NCBI RefSeq assembly: GCF_006345805.1
Contig: NC_042998.1
Location: 133,176,001-133,240,000 of the forward strand
Source: Octopus sinensis
Taxonomy: Eukaryota
DNA: 64,000 nucleotides
Reading direction: 5' to 3'
Below, in pieces: positions 1-14,269 of the stretch (position 1 is its first letter; every line of letters starts with the position of its first letter). A program made the translations under genes and the position numbers. Below the pieces are notes generated by a model. It did no database searches and was not told the DNA's origin. It was given only the letters and a program-made list of their open reading frames with translations.

Positions 1-836
1 ATGATGATGATGTGATACAAGAGTTTCTGTTGGGTCAATATGTCAGCTGTAATGTTGACGCCGACTCGTTCATTTATTCAAAGTCATTATTGTATAATGA
101 TCCTTTGGTTGTGTTATATAGTAAATCTATTGTAGTATATTACACGTTTGAGTCGACATTGAGTGTATAATTAGATTCATTCGGTAAATGTAAACAGACG
201 CTGATACAATCTCCCTGATCACCCCCTATTTTCATCTTTTTATTTTCATTTTTATTTTGTTACCCATAGAGAGATTGTTAAAGTTTGTGTTTACATTTGC
301 CTATTGTATCCAATTAGCTGACTAAACCGTGTACTAAAACAATACATTTTCTCTTTAGTTGAATTACAGTCTAAAAGAGTAATTGACTTATTTAACAATA
401 ATTAATTCATTGTAATTCTTTACATAGCTAGGATCAAAAAGTGGTGTTTCTTTTCAGCGTCAGAAGCTACATCAGCCTTCAACAATTACTGGAATTCTAC
501 AAAGCTGAGATGAACCTCACAATGGTGTAAAATAAAGCAAGTACCAGCTGAGCACTGAGGGGGAGGGGTCGATGTAATCGGCTCACTGCGAACCTGTTGC
601 CCTTGTGCCAAATTTTGAAACCATCATTAATATTATTAGACACAGCAACTAAGTCCTTGCACTAACCACTACGTCAACTTCTGTCTTCCCCAAACGTCGG
701 TCTTCTACGAGGGTAACCCCAAAAGTAAGGTCTCCAAAAATATGTAGAAATCACAGAAACGTTTATTGTCAACGATGTTTACATCATTTTGAAGTTTGAA
801 CATTTATCTATTTCCCTACCAATTTGGTCGATGCAC

Positions 837-1037
837 GCTATTTCGAGCACGCTGAGAGATCATTTAGAGGCTACAGCACTACTTGTTAAAAATAATTCAT
901 TATAAGGACTATATTTTCCAAAGCACCCCTCCCTTTTTAGTGCAGCACTGTATGATTTGGGGCGAATTGGCTGCTATTTCGAGCAAGTCGAGAAATCACT
1001 TAGAGGCTTCAGCACTGCTTGTTAAAAAGAATTCATT
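837..1037 (+). repeat. Imperfect 65-bp direct repeat (period 136), probably a duplicated SINE tail
   Basis: gctatttcgagca...gaggct(a/t)cagcact(a/g)cttgttaaaaa(t/g)aattcatt at 837-901 and 973-1037. Confidence 0.7.
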
Positions 1038-1658
1038 GCTATTTGAAAAAAAAAATCTCTTTAGCTCACCATTGTGTAAATAAAATTGTACACTGGTGTT
1101 ACTTTCGTTACCGTTAATATGCCAGTGTAATGGATACGCCTGTTCAGCTTGTTAGTTTGTTAACCTTTACGTACATTTGAACCTGTATAACGGTGGGATT
1201 TATCTCATTTTCTAAAAAGAATTCTTTTTATAGCACATGTTAAAAGTAGGACCACTTGAAATTAAACATGAAATGCATTAATTTAACATGAACAGATGTC
1301 GATCCGTCCATCTTTGAAAAAGAGAGAGAAAGAAAGAGAGACAGAGAGAAAGAATGGGTGGGGATGCAGAATTACTAGAGTATTTCCCGTCCTCTGTAAA
1401 ACATAGAGATAAAAAAGAAAAAGTTGTCAATGATGGTGATTTTAGAATGAGGGAGTGTTATTTTCCGAGAAGCTTCCTAATGGTGATTTGATCCTCCTCA
1501 AAGGTCAACTTGATTATGAATATATATATATAATCCTACACACACACACACACACATACACACACACGTGCACACACACACACACACACACAACACACAC
1601 ACGTGCACACACACACACACAACACACACACACGTGCACACACACACACACACACGTG

Positions 1659-1689
<31 letters not shown>

Positions 1690-2089
1690 ACTCACACACA
1701 CTCGTATTCGTATTCTGCGAATCATATATGAGCGTAGCTTTTGATCCAGACAGTTACATTTTTTTTGTTTTAGCGTTTGGTCTTTTTTACATTTCTCTTT
1801 ACAAAATTTTCTTTTCTCTTTGAAGTGAATAATAATAGACCATTCGTAATGCTGGCCTTTAGACTCTTGAGAGAAGGAAGAAAGATCGTTGATGCTAGCG
1901 AAACCGCTCTTAGTCTCTGACCAATGGTACCCGCTTATGTTCCCTCTCATGTTCAAATGCAAATGTCTGGAAGATATATTTCTATTATAACACAACAGAA
2001 TTCTAGGGACATTCTGAGGATTTCCCCATTACATTGATATCATATCTTTCCGACTGTTTTCTGTATATATATGGATAAATGCATGTACG

Positions 2090-2147
<58 letters not shown>

Positions 2148-2155
2148 GGGAGAGT

Positions 2156-2466
2156 TTACAAAAAAACAAAAGACGAAGACAGGTGGTGTACAAAACAAAC
2201 AGATGTATTAGTATAACGCTCAGGAATAGAAAAAGTCTTTTACGTTTCGAGCCTACAGAGAGGGACACAGAAAAAACAAGGAGAGAAAAAATGTGTGTGG
2301 TGGCTAACGATCTCTCTCTCTATATATATGGTAGCCACTACACATTCTTTATGTTTTCTCTCCTTGTTTCTTTCCGTGTTCCCTTCTGTGGAAGAGCGTT
2401 CACTTCCCGAGCGTTATACTAATACATCTGTTTGTCGTCTACACCACCTGTCTTCGTCTTTTTTTG

Positions 2467-2470
<4 letters not shown>
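2156..2470. mobile_element. Inverted pair of short Penelope-like non-autonomous repeat (family C)
   Basis: 2156-2308 is the reverse complement of 2330-2470 (aaagacgaagacaggtggtgta...gtattagtataacgctc), with a 21-bp spacer. The same family occurs at 29913, 49802 and 51358. Confidence 0.75.
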
Positions 2471-2556
<86 letters not shown>

Positions 2557-2561
2557 ATATA

Positions 2562-2712
2562 TAGCGGTTTGGCAAAAGGAGGCCTATAGGATAAGTACCA
2601 GGCTTAGAAAGAATAAGTCTTGGGGTCGATTTTTCGACTAAAAAAAACCCTTTAAGGTGGTGCTCCAGCATGGTCGCAGTCAGATGACTAAAAGAAGTAA
2701 AAGAATGAAAGA
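2562..2712 (+). mobile_element. SINE family A, 3' half
   Basis: cggtttggcaaaag...ggggtcgat...ggtgctccagcatggtcgcagtcagatgact...gtaaaaga matches the tail of the full copy at 52927-53335. Confidence 0.85.
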
Positions 2713-3445
2713 ATATATATATAGATATATCAACACATATATTTATCTATGTGTAACGATTACGAAGGCTCAACAAATTATGCGATCTTTGTGCAACAAT
2801 CTTTGTGTACAATATCGAAGCAAGTCTCAAGAAGGAAGCTAAATTCTGCTTTTAAGAAGACATACTCTCTCTCATGGAATGTAATTACAACCAGAAAATT
2901 TAAGCATCTTGTGATGCCTGACCACTCCCTCAGTACTTGATTTGGTAGTGTCTTGATCTGTCTCAAATTCAGAGTAGAATTTTGTATCCACTTAAAAACT
3001 GCAAATACTCTAACAATTATCAGATACGCCATACAGCCACGTCATTTTCAAAAAGGTTACTCATGTCCAAACTCTAAAATTTTAGAAAAACAAAATAATT
3101 TTTTAAAAAACATTATTTCTTCACACTATATCAAATAGCCGGAAAACACAGCAGCATCGTCATTTAGTTATAAAAATATTTCAACTGAACCACGAAAGAA
3201 AAATCTCCATCAAGCACAAGAAACCTTATGTAATATAAAACATACACACACACGCATATGAGACTTGTGTATGTCTAATTGGTATATGAGTATAAATGTG
3301 TGTGCGTGTGTATGTGTGTTTGCGTGAGTGCGTCAGTGTGTATGCTTGTACATAAATATTTGTGTATATGTGAGAGAGCCAAATAAACTCATTTATGCAC
3401 AAACCTACTCATAAATATACATGCATATGTATGAATGTTTGAATG

Positions 3446-3507
<62 letters not shown>

Positions 3508-3547
3508 CATGTAATCATGTACAAACTTGTATATATATTATATATTG

Positions 3548-3580
<33 letters not shown>

Positions 3581-4455
3581 ATATTTATATACATACATTA
3601 GAATATATTTTTAAACAAAAGCTATATATATAACCACATACATACATATACACACACACACACATTCGCATATATATATTTATATACGTATCCCGAGAGT
3701 GACCCTTGCCTGTGCTTATTCTTAATTAATTATTTCCTTTCAAATTAAAGAAAAAGATTAATCCCTTTTCGTTGATTAATAACATAAGATTTTCAGTAAA
3801 CGTTGTTTACTTATATTTCAAATTTTAACAAAATGTTTCTTTCTTTAATGAAATCCAATACTGCTAAATGCTGCACTAATTTCAAATAAGAAAACACTAA
3901 TTTCCAAATATGGTTGTTTCTCGAAACCAAATATACAGTATATACAGTTTAGAAGTGAAATAAATTGGTCTGTGATGACGGGGTGGAGGCTTTTAACGGT
4001 TCGGGCAAGACCTTTCGTGTTGGTTAAGTTTCGTTTTATAATTGATTCTAATGATATCATGTGAACAGACCACTGAATCACGATGCTGCTTGTACAGAAG
4101 CAACGTAATGTTGCCGAGCCCCCAGAGCAGAGTGTGATCGAGTAGAGCTGTGATGAAAGGCATTCCAGCCATAACCTTGTCCTCATATTTTCAAACACAA
4201 CGTATCTAGGACTAAATTATTCAATGCTTCTTTCTACTTTTTCATTGTTTTTCTTTTGCATGCGGAAAAGTTTGGTTTGTGGCATATTGAGCTATTTTTC
4301 TTGAATGTCGAGTAACGCATAGAAGCTGGAGACATTTTCAGATCAACGCAGTCAATTGTTGATTTGATAATGAGTTTACCGACAGACTAAACCGTTATCA
4401 TGTGATCCTTCATGAACAGCATGCACACAGACAACCCAGTTTTTCCCTACCCCTC

Positions 4456-4506
<51 letters not shown>

Positions 4507-4726
4507 ATTCTTTCTTATCCATCATCAAGTATACAACTCACACACAAAAAGACACACACATACGCACGATTGATTTAATTTAATTGTGTTGTAAACTAAG
4601 TTCACGATTAAATAATGATTATTATATCTGAGCTTTTATGAATCATGTTAGTATTACCAAACATACTAATCCGTAAGCTACTAAACGAAGACGGTTACCT
4701 GCTTCTTCTTGTAATTTATCCTTAGA

Positions 4727-4940
4727 TTTGGGCGGAAAACAAGAAAATTCGGTAGAGCGTCGACAAAAGTGCCTTTCAGGATTTGTTCAGACTTTTTACG
4801 TTCTGTGTTCGATTTCTGGTGCGGTCAAATTTGTCTTTCATCCCTCGGGGTTTGATGAAATAAAATAGCAATGAAGCACTGGAATCAAAAACATCGACTA
4901 CATCCTTTTCCTTTAAATTGCTGGCTTTGTGCCTAGTTCA
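4727..4940 (+). mobile_element. SINE family B, diverged copy
   Basis: ttacgttctgtgttcgatttc...tttcatccctcgggg...gcactgg...ctggctttgtgcctag, similar to 54628-54845 and 53461-53695. Confidence 0.65.
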
Positions 4941-6557
4941 GAAACCTCTGTTTAATCTCCGGTCATCCCTGATCAAGAAGATTTATAACCAGAAGTGTTA
5001 AAGCTTTGACCAACCTTTTTTTTTTTTTTTTTTCAAAGAGAAACGTAACTGCAACTTATGTTATTCGATGAGGGCTTCTTTTTATCTTTTTTATTTATTA
5101 TATTCATTTTTTCCAAGACGACATGGTATGATTTAAGAAGACAGGAGCTGATATTTCAGTCATATCTAACAATCACCTAGAGACTCTCTAGTACCGTCGC
5201 TTTTCGAAAAAGACTTGACTAGCTGTAGACTGAAATGGTCATTCTAGACGGTTTGCCTAACTTTGTTTTGAACCTATATAGGAGCATTTTATTTCACTTC
5301 CGACTTGTATTTATGAGTCGGGATTTAGTCAAAAGTGTTGAGAGAGACATCTTCCATATGACTGGTTCATAAACTACTATATTATACGAAAACGAACGCT
5401 TCAGTGATCCTCTAACTTATCCAATGAAGATTACGAATAGGTTGATAGAAGGAGGTAATTTATTTTCGAGCCAACGATCGATATACCGGTGACGATTTTG
5501 ATCCTTTGTGTTTGGTGGGAAAATTGCTGGGCTTCCTGATTAGTGTTTCAGGTAGTAACTACATTATGGGACTTAATTTATCTGATGAAGCTTCCGTTTC
5601 TTTTCTTATTACTTATCATGGTTCATTGACAGTTCTCTCACGCAATGCTACGTTTCAGATAGCGTATTGTCATTTCATTTGAACGCTTTTTCTCACATTC
5701 TCACGTTAACAAAGTTAATCTGTTTCTTTATTGCTTTTCTGAGAAAAAAAAATCACCGTGGGCGTTATAGTTTGAGGAGTCATGTTAATTTTGTTTTGTT
5801 GTTGTTGTTGTAGCTCTCGTTTTTGTATTTGTTGTTATTGCTGTGTATAGTCGTAGTGGTTGTAACAGTCAACAGAGAGAACGATACGAAAACAACTCTA
5901 TTTATCCACTGGACATGATACCTTTCAGTGTGTTTTTGAGGAACCCGATGCTCAATTTCCCATGCAAATTGCATGATATTGTTGTCGGTGTTGTTTTTGT
6001 TGTTTAGTATCACGTCAAACCTGATTGAATAGGCTTATGATCAAAAGTGTTACAACTGATCGTACCATCCTATTTCTTTTTCATACATATTTTTTCATGC
6101 ATTAATCACTGTCTCTCCTTTTTTTTTACTAAAACGTCAGGTGTGGATTATAAAAGACTTAACTTCTTATTACAGCTGCTTAAATGACCACATAAAGTGT
6201 TCCTCGGTTGAATCAGTTATATGAGTGTGAACAATTACGAATTGTGTGATGTTCAATATTGTTTATATGGTAATACTGTAATTAGCATTGGTCTCGAGAA
6301 AACCAATTTTCAAAACCTGTGGTTTATCTTTAGCAGAGATTGACTAATCGTTGTTGGGGTTTGGTTTACATGGACACTCCAGAAGTTATGGCAGCTCATG
6401 TAGGCGGAGAAGACAACAGATATTGAGAAATTTTGAGTATTTAATGGCGTCCTAATTAAGCATTTGACAGGAACGTTTGCATTTTGAATACTGGTCGAAA
6501 AAGCTGATCTTTCTTAGCAAACAAACATTTGACTCCAAAACGTGTTTCTCTCTTTCA

Positions 6558-6605
<48 letters not shown>

Positions 6606-6984
6606 AAACCCACCATCTCTTTCTCTCTTCTCTCTCTTCTCTCTCTCTCCCCCTCTCTCTCTCTTATGGATCTGTACCTTACATATAAACACAGGTAATA
6701 CATATGTACACAGGAGAGATGCACGAGTGCATGTACACACATATTCATACACACACATACACACAAATACACACATCTATAAGTAAATCTAAAAAAGTTA
6801 TTTATAGTAAATATGTTAATATTTTGATATATATATTTATATTTTGATGAGGATTTAAGTAATATAAAATTAACGCTCCTATAATAAAAAAATAAAAAAA
6901 TAAAACCAATACGTATGCCACCAGGAGAAGGGAATTGTGAAGACTCAGGCACAGTTTTATGACTATTAACAATGTGCCAAATCT

Positions 6985-8190
6985 AGAAATCGTACTATAA
7001 TCATTATCATGATTTAAGAGGAGCAAGCTCAGGATTTCTGTAACATTTCTGTGGAGGTAAAGCATTCCACTCATCAGGTGCTATGTTATTTTGTCAACAC
7101 CTTTCTAAGTGAAGAATGGAGCATGCCGTGGTTAAGGATGCGCAGATCTGCGCTGGGGTTGCGACATCACCAGAATTTCCTAGACGGTGGGCAGGCATGG
7201 TCACCGTTTGGGAGACTCGGTTTTTGGCAGCTCGTCTCTTTGACAAAGTTGCAGTTTGACAGGACGTCTGACACATAGAGTCCTCAAGCGTTCACATTCT
7301 TCTGCCTGTTGGACAATTTGATTAATGGCGGTTCCAATTTGGTGTTCTATAGAGAGTTAGTAGCTAGAAAATGCGACGATATTCTCGGGGAGATTCTAAG
7401 CGTCGACGGAAACATACTAGCTGCTCTGTGGCGTACTTTCGGGTCGGGGAACATGGATAAATCCCTGGACCGACAGTGTTACAGGTGGGCATAGCTAGTA
7501 CGGGATAAACTCTATAGGCACGGAATTACTGATATCCGAGCTCACCCGAGATGCGCACAGTGCAACGAAGCTGTTCTGCATGCATTCGTCCAGTGCCATA
7601 AATTAGATGACTTGTGGAGTTATGGCCAACACATACTGTGAATTGTGGGACTGATCCAGCTATCAGCTGAGTTCAATGTGCATTAATGAAGGGGAAACTT
7701 CGTTAATAAAGCAAATATAGGAGGCACGCTGCTTATTGAAATTTAGTGTTGTATAGAGCTAGTAGCTAGAAAATGCGACGATATTCTCGGGGAGATTCTA
7801 AGCGTCGACGGAAACATACTAGCTGCTCTGTGGCGTACTTTCGGGTCGGGGAACATGGATAAATCCCTGGACCGACAGTGTTACAGGTGGGCATAGCTAG
7901 TACGGGATAAACTCTATAGGCACGGAATTACTGATATCCGAGCTCACCCGAGATGCGCACAGTGCAACGAAGCTGTTCTGCATGCATTCGTCCAGTGCCA
8001 TAAATTAGATGACTTGTGGAGTTATGGCCAACACATACTGTGAATTGTGGGACTGATCCAGCTATCAGCTGAGTTCAATGTGCATTAATGAAGGGGAAAC
8101 TTCGTTAATAAAGCAAATATAGGAGGCACGCTGCTTATTGAAATTTAGTGTTGTATAGAGCTAGTAGCTAGAAAATGCGACGATATTCTC
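6985..8190 (+). mobile_element. L1/Tx1-like non-LTR retrotransposon, decayed ORF2 C-terminal fragment
   Basis: Translates to MPWLRMRRSALGLRH...QAWSPF, FYRELVARKCDDILG and DKLYRHG...RCAQCNEAVLHAFVQC (C-terminal CCHC knuckle). Homologous to 18290-19302 and 14800-15760. Contains stops and frameshifts. Confidence 0.8.
7358..8190 (+). repeat. Perfect 402-bp tandem duplication plus a deleted third unit
   Basis: atgcgacgat begins at 7371, 7773 and 8175 (period 402). Units 1 and 2 read identical by eye. Confidence 0.95.
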
Positions 8191-8367
8191 AGATTCTAAG
8201 CTTATTGAAATCAGGAAGGGTAAAAAAGGAAAACTGGGGCTTTAAAAAGTGAGTAATGAATATCCTAAGCCCAGTAAAGTTGTAAATACATGGGCCGACC
8301 AAAGCTTTGTGAGTGGATTTGGTAGACGGAATCTGAAAGCAGCCCATCGTATATATATATATATAAT

Positions 8368-10718
8368 AACAATTATTTTATGAAACCAAAAGGTCGACTT
8401 TGGACATTCGAGTCCCCACTTGGTGATAGGGTACAAATTGACTACCTCATCTTTCGAAAGAAGTGGCGCAATAGTGTTAAAAACTCGAGATCCTACTCTT
8501 CCTTTAGTTCTGTCGGCTCTGACCACAGAATTGTATCAGCTACCGTTAAGCTTAGTCTTCGCTCATCAAAAAAAAGCTAAGCCTCACCCGATGAAAACGA
8601 TCGACTGGAAGGAAGTCTTATCTAACCCCGATATGTCCAAACAATTTACTATTGAGGTCTATAACACATTTCAATCTTTGTCTACTTCTGAAATAGATGC
8701 TGAGAACATTGAAGAAGTATACAGCAGCCTCATCAAATCAACAGAGGAAGTTGCACTGGCTACTCTTCCCAAAAAGAAGAGTAGGGGCCAGAGCAAACTT
8801 TCTAATTTCCCAAATGTCATCGAAACCAGAAGCCATCTAAAGCCTATATCACTAGCTTACCACCGTTCTCCATCCCAGTCACTGAAGATCCAACTCATAG
8901 CTGCCAAGAAGAATCTTGATGAGGCTTACTTGAACGCCGAGGTCGACTTTATCAATGGCAAAATTAGCAAACTATCCAAAGAGCACATTAGTAAAAAACA
9001 CCATCTCGCCTGGAAATCCATCAAAGACCTATCAGGGAAAAAATCTGGGTCGTTAATTAGAATTAAAGGGGGATCAGCTAAGAAGTGTTTAGAAAATTGG
9101 TCGACTCATTTTAAAAACCTTCTTGGGAAGAATGCCAAAATCCCTGATAACCCCACTCTTCCAAGTGTGCCTATATCAGACACGCTGGACATCAACACCT
9201 CCCCTTTTACCATATTTGAACTAACAGCAGCCACCAAGCAACTAAAAGCCTCGAAAGCATTTGGTCCCGACAACATCCCAGCTATAATTTGGAAGGATGA
9301 TAGATTTCACACACTTCTGCTCAACCTTTGCAACCACACACTTTCCACCTTGGTCGCTCCTAAGATTGGCACCAGTCTCAAATCATCCCAATACCCAAAA
9401 AAGGCGATTTATCCCTCGTCACCAACTACAGGGGTATATCTCTAATGTCAATTGCTGCAAAACTGTACAACAAACTGATTCTAAATCGTCTTGTCCTTTT
9501 TGTTGAACCTTTGCTTCGAAAGAACCAAAATGGATTCAGACATGGGCGCTCAACGCTGAGCCAGAAACTATGCCCACGCAGTCTTATTGAAGAATCAAAA
9601 GCATTTAATCGCAATCTTGCAATGGTATTTGTAGACTTTTCTAAAGCGTTCGACTCTGCAGACAGGTACAAGATGTTTGGAATCCTTAAGCTCTATGGGA
9701 TACCAGACAAAATCCTTTCTGCCATCAAGGTCCTCTACACAGATACGTCTTCAACCATCCTAACCCCTGACGGAGAAACATCATCTTTCTCAATCAAAGT
9801 TGGAATACTGCAGGGAGACACACTCGCCCCCATTTCTTTTCATCATTGTTGTTGATTATGTGTTACGTATGTCAGTTGATACCATCTCTGGCAAGGGCTT
9901 TGAAATAAAACCAAGAAGAAGTTCCAGACACCCAGCTGAATACTTGACAGACACTGACTTTGCTGACGACATCGCTCTTATCAGTGATTCTCTCTCCAAT
10001 GCCCAGTCTCTTTTAAAATCTCTCGAACAAGCCTCAAATTGTGTAGGTCTTTACCTCAATGAGCCCAAGACTGAATATATAAACAAGTGCCTGTCCAACA
10101 GTGATTGCATCGTCCGTACTCTCAACAATGCGCCCTTAAATATGGTTTCTGATTACAAATATCTTGGGTCATACATATCATCATCTAGAAAACTCTTTCT
10201 AACTAGAAAGGGTATGGCCTGGTCAGCCTATAATGACATGCATAAGATCTGGTCATCAAATCTAAGTAGAGACTTCAAACTTGAAATCCAAAGCCACAGT
10301 CGAACCAATTCTACTATATGGCTCAGAAACCTGGACGTTATCAAAGAAGCTTGAGAGGCGGTTGGATGGAGCCTACACTCGCCTCCTTATGAGAGCTCAA
10401 AATCTCTCGTGGAGGCGCCATCCAACCAAAATGCAAATATATGGGAAACTACCACCTGTGTCATCTCTTGTGAAAGGTAGGAGAGTCCAGTTTGCTGGAC
10501 ATTGTTGTAGAACTGAAAAAGAGGTAATTTCTACTCTTCTCCTCTGGAAGCCATCTACTCGCAATACCAGAGGGCGCACACTCTCCTACCCTGATGTAAT
10601 CTCCAGGGATACAGGCATCCAGCAACAGGACCTCCGTAATGCCATGATGGACTGTGAAGTCTGGCGTAGCATGGTAAATTCCATTGTCTCGACCATGGTC
10701 GAACAATGATGATGATGA
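8368..10718 (+). mobile_element. RTE-clade LINE, 5'-truncated, with (TGA)4 tail and 14-bp TSD
   Basis: TSD tatatatatataat at 8354-8367 and 10719-10732. Begins within the endonuclease domain (NYFMKPKGRLWTFESP..QIDY..SDH) and ends GAACAA-TGATGATGATGA. Confidence 0.9.
8380..10709 (+). pseudogene. Frameshifted APE-endonuclease/reverse transcriptase ORF of the RTE element
   Basis: Overlapping ORF-track pieces carry QIDY/SDH (EN); QNGFRHGRST, FVDFSKAFDS, GILQGDTLAP, FADDIALI, YKYLGS (RT); and an RTE-type C-terminus QFAGHCCR...RGRTLSYPDVISRD. Confidence 0.92.
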
Positions 10719-10739
10719 TATATATATATAATTTTCTTT

Positions 10740-11100
10740 TTTTGTCAATGTTCTCAAAACGTCTCAGAGCAGCAAAAACTAAATAGACAACTTTCAGTAG
10801 TAACTATCAACCACAGCTTAACATGAGCACATGACTTAATACAGGACAATTCCAACCTTACTAATACCAACAATCCCACTAATCCTCATACATCCCCATA
10901 AACCATTCATCCTCTATTAATCATGTTAGCCTAATTGCCTCACTTCCAGAACTGCTTACCTCCCTTGCATGCTATCTTTTCACTCAGGTACTATTACACC
11001 CAACACCGTTTGGAAATCGGTGTTTATTCAAAGTCAGTGAACATCGATAACGAAACTGGTATGACTTTCTCTATTGACTCATGATAATGATTTATATACT
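10740..11100 (+). mobile_element. Possible Penelope-like terminal repeat remnant with a decayed hammerhead-shaped motif
   Basis: AAAGTCA(11030-36)...GAAAC-TG-GTA-TGACTTT(11062-68) layout. The core GTGAACA deviates at two positions. Confidence 0.35.
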
Positions 11101-11168
11101 TCTTAATTCCACCTCAAATCATTTATTTTTAACGTTGTTTGCATTTTCTTTGCTTCCGTTTACTTTTC

Positions 11169-11199
<31 letters not shown>

Positions 11200-11227
11200 C
11201 CATTATCTATCTCTCTATCTATCTTAT

Positions 11228-11354
<127 letters not shown>

Positions 11355-11982
11355 ATATATATATATATTATATATATATATATATATATATTGTGGCTTC
11401 ATTTCTTAGTCCGGGTGGTGCGTTGTGTTCTCGAGCAAAACACTCCATCTCACATTGCTCTGCGATCGTTTCGACACCTGACGCGTGGTACATCTTGCAG
11501 CTGCGCAGTCAACATCGCCTAATGGCCTAATGTACTGCATATACATCTGGTTCCTATAAAACAAATCATTTGTACTGGTCGTTCGACAAACGCTGAACAC
11601 TCATCCTTTGTCTACGACGGGAGAGTCCATTGGTTTTATCACTCTTTATAGTCATGATGTATTAATTATCACGTAAGTTTGTTGAAACAATTGTAAAGCA
11701 TGGAGTAAACATTATTTCATAAACTCCATTTTTCACTTATGTTATGTATGTTAGAGAGTGAGCGAGTAGGTGTGTGAGTATGTGTGTGTTAGTGGTGAGT
11801 GACTGTGTGTGTGTTTGTGGGTGGGTGGGAGTGTGTGTGTGTGCACGCGTATATATACACAAACGCACGGCTTTTGTCATTTCAGTTGTGTATATAATTC
11901 ACCATTAGTTTGCCTACCATTTCACTATGGCTGTTTCCCTCGGTCTGACTTTCTCTTTGTCTGTTTTAGCTCTTCTCTTTTT

Positions 11983-12032
<50 letters not shown>

Positions 12033-14044
12033 TCCCTTTCTTTATTTCGCTCTCTCTTGCTATCTTTCTCTCTTCGTCCATTCTCCCTTTTCTCTCTCCC
12101 TGTCTTCTTTTCTGATCCATCTTGCGCTTTCCGTCACTATCTTTCTCCATGTTTTGCCTTCTTTTTCTTACTATCTCTCTCATGTTCCATCAGTCCCATT
12201 CTCTCTCTTCCTGTCTTTCCGATAACCCCGTTCCTTTCACACGATCCTAATAAAACCCATAACAACTTTCTACTACAGTTTGTCCCTCGAGCGTCTTACT
12301 CAATGTCTCAGGTTGTATCCGTTTAAAAGTCTTTTTATATTTTCCATCTATGTTTGTATGTTGCTGTCCATCTTTGTCTGAAGTCCAAGGAACTCTGAAT
12401 TTATGTTCTGCTTCTGCTTGCTTTATTGTTTTATACAAGCTCATACACCTCTGTCCTTTTTGTATTCACTCATTTCTCTTGACTACTTTTTTAACGTGGT
12501 GTGCATTTAGTTGTAAAATTTCTCGTATTGACATGTTTGAATTCGATCGCTTTCAAGACGAACGACGCCAGCTTTTCCCGAGTGCCGAAACCGTATTGAT
12601 TCTGGATATAAATATTAGATTTATCCATATATATTTTCTGTCCTGTGCAGGTCTGTCACAATTATTTATATATGTATATATGTGTGTATGGATGTGTAAA
12701 TACATACATACGTACGTACGTACGTACATACATACATACATACATACATACATACATACATACATACATACATACATACATACATACATACATACATACA
12801 TACATACATACATGCATGCATGCATGCATACATACATACATACATACCTTGCATTATCTATAGTTTTTGTTGAAACTTTATCCAGTTTTTCATAAATCAT
12901 TGTGCAACATCCTTATACATCATTCTTTTTAAAAATCTTTTTCTTGTCTTTTCTCTCACGTTTTTATCTTTCCTTTTTATTGTTAATTGAAGAACGGGCG
13001 AGAGTGATATCGTATTTATTCTGGTATTTTACAGTCTAAATCCAAATCCAGCTTTTCATTCTTATGGGGTCGATAAAATAAAATGTCAATGAAGTACTGG
13101 GGTTGACTACCAGTCTCTCAAACTTTCAGGCTTTAGAAAGAAATATAATAAAGGATGAATCCAAAACAGGAGTAAGATTCCGATTCAAAGTAACAGGGAT
13201 ACTTAGTTACGTCCCTTTAAGAGAACAAGATTTTGGCTGTTCTTATTTGAAATCCTACTGAGATCAACATTACCCTCTTGCTTTCAGGATTTCCATAAAA
13301 GGAGTACAATTTCGTACTTGGTTGATTTCATTGACTGCTCCCTTACCCTTGCCCACAAAAAATTGTGACCTTGCGCCTATGTTAGAAATCATTATTATTT
13401 TAACCAAACATATATTCTTTTATTTTGAGTAAACTACATACAAGTGTATAATAAAATAAATTACTATAATGTAAGCTCCATACACCTGCTCACAATAAGG
13501 GAGCTTGACAGCTTGGCATGGAAAATAAGTAAAAAATAAATCTATGAAAGAACAACATGCATACAAGTCAAATGCTATACGGTCGTCTGTCAGTAAGTTT
13601 GCCGACATGTTGGCTTATAAAAATATTGACCTGTCGACTTCTAAGAGAACAACGACGCAAGATAGAAAAATAAAAGAAACGTCAACAATAATGGTGAAAA
13701 ATAAAACAATCAATCAAGCAACAAGCAAGAAAGAATTATGTTAAAACGGAGTAGAGGTGGAGGCGGGGAATTGACCGAGCAACGAAACGAAAAAAAAAAA
13801 GAAGAAAGAATTAAGAAAGTAAAGAAATTTCTCATAATACAATTTCTATGTTGATTTTTGCATCGTGCTGTTAGCCACTTGATTTGATCATTGGAAAGTG
13901 ATCTGTTAACAGAGTGAACATTTGCTTGTTAAAAACAAACACACGGCCATGTAAAGTCGTTAGGAATATATTTTTATAAAGTCAAGCCACCTTGGCATTA
14001 AAAAAAAAGATGGATTTGAAGTCATCGTAATCGTAATCATCATC

Positions 14045-14185
14045 GTCGTCATCACTGTCATCATCGTTGTCGTCATCATCGTTGTCGTCATCATCGTTGT
14101 CGTCATCATCGTTGTCGTCATCATCGTTGTCGTCATCATCGTTGTCGTCATCATCGTTGTCGTCATCATCGTCATCATCATCATT
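14045..14185. repeat. 15-bp minisatellite (CATCATCGTTGTCGT)n, ~7 units
   Basis: Directly visible tandem units flanked by (CAT)/(CGT) triplets. Confidence 0.9.
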
Positions 14186-14269
14186 GTCGAAGGAACTTTT
14201 GGTTTCAGAGCAGCTATGAATTCACAACAATAACCACCACAACAATAATAATGGTTCCTAATTTTGCCA

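Noticed and set aside
458-530. Plus-strand acceptor followed by VRSYISLQQLLEFYKAEMNLTMV-stop
   Set aside because: Short, with no donor and no recognisable family. A chance occurrence cannot be excluded.
14000-14212. Asp-rich reading frame (FDNDDDD..DYDYDDF) on the minus strand after a TAG acceptor
   Set aside because: Fully explained by a GAT/GAC-type minisatellite. No good donor site and no other support.
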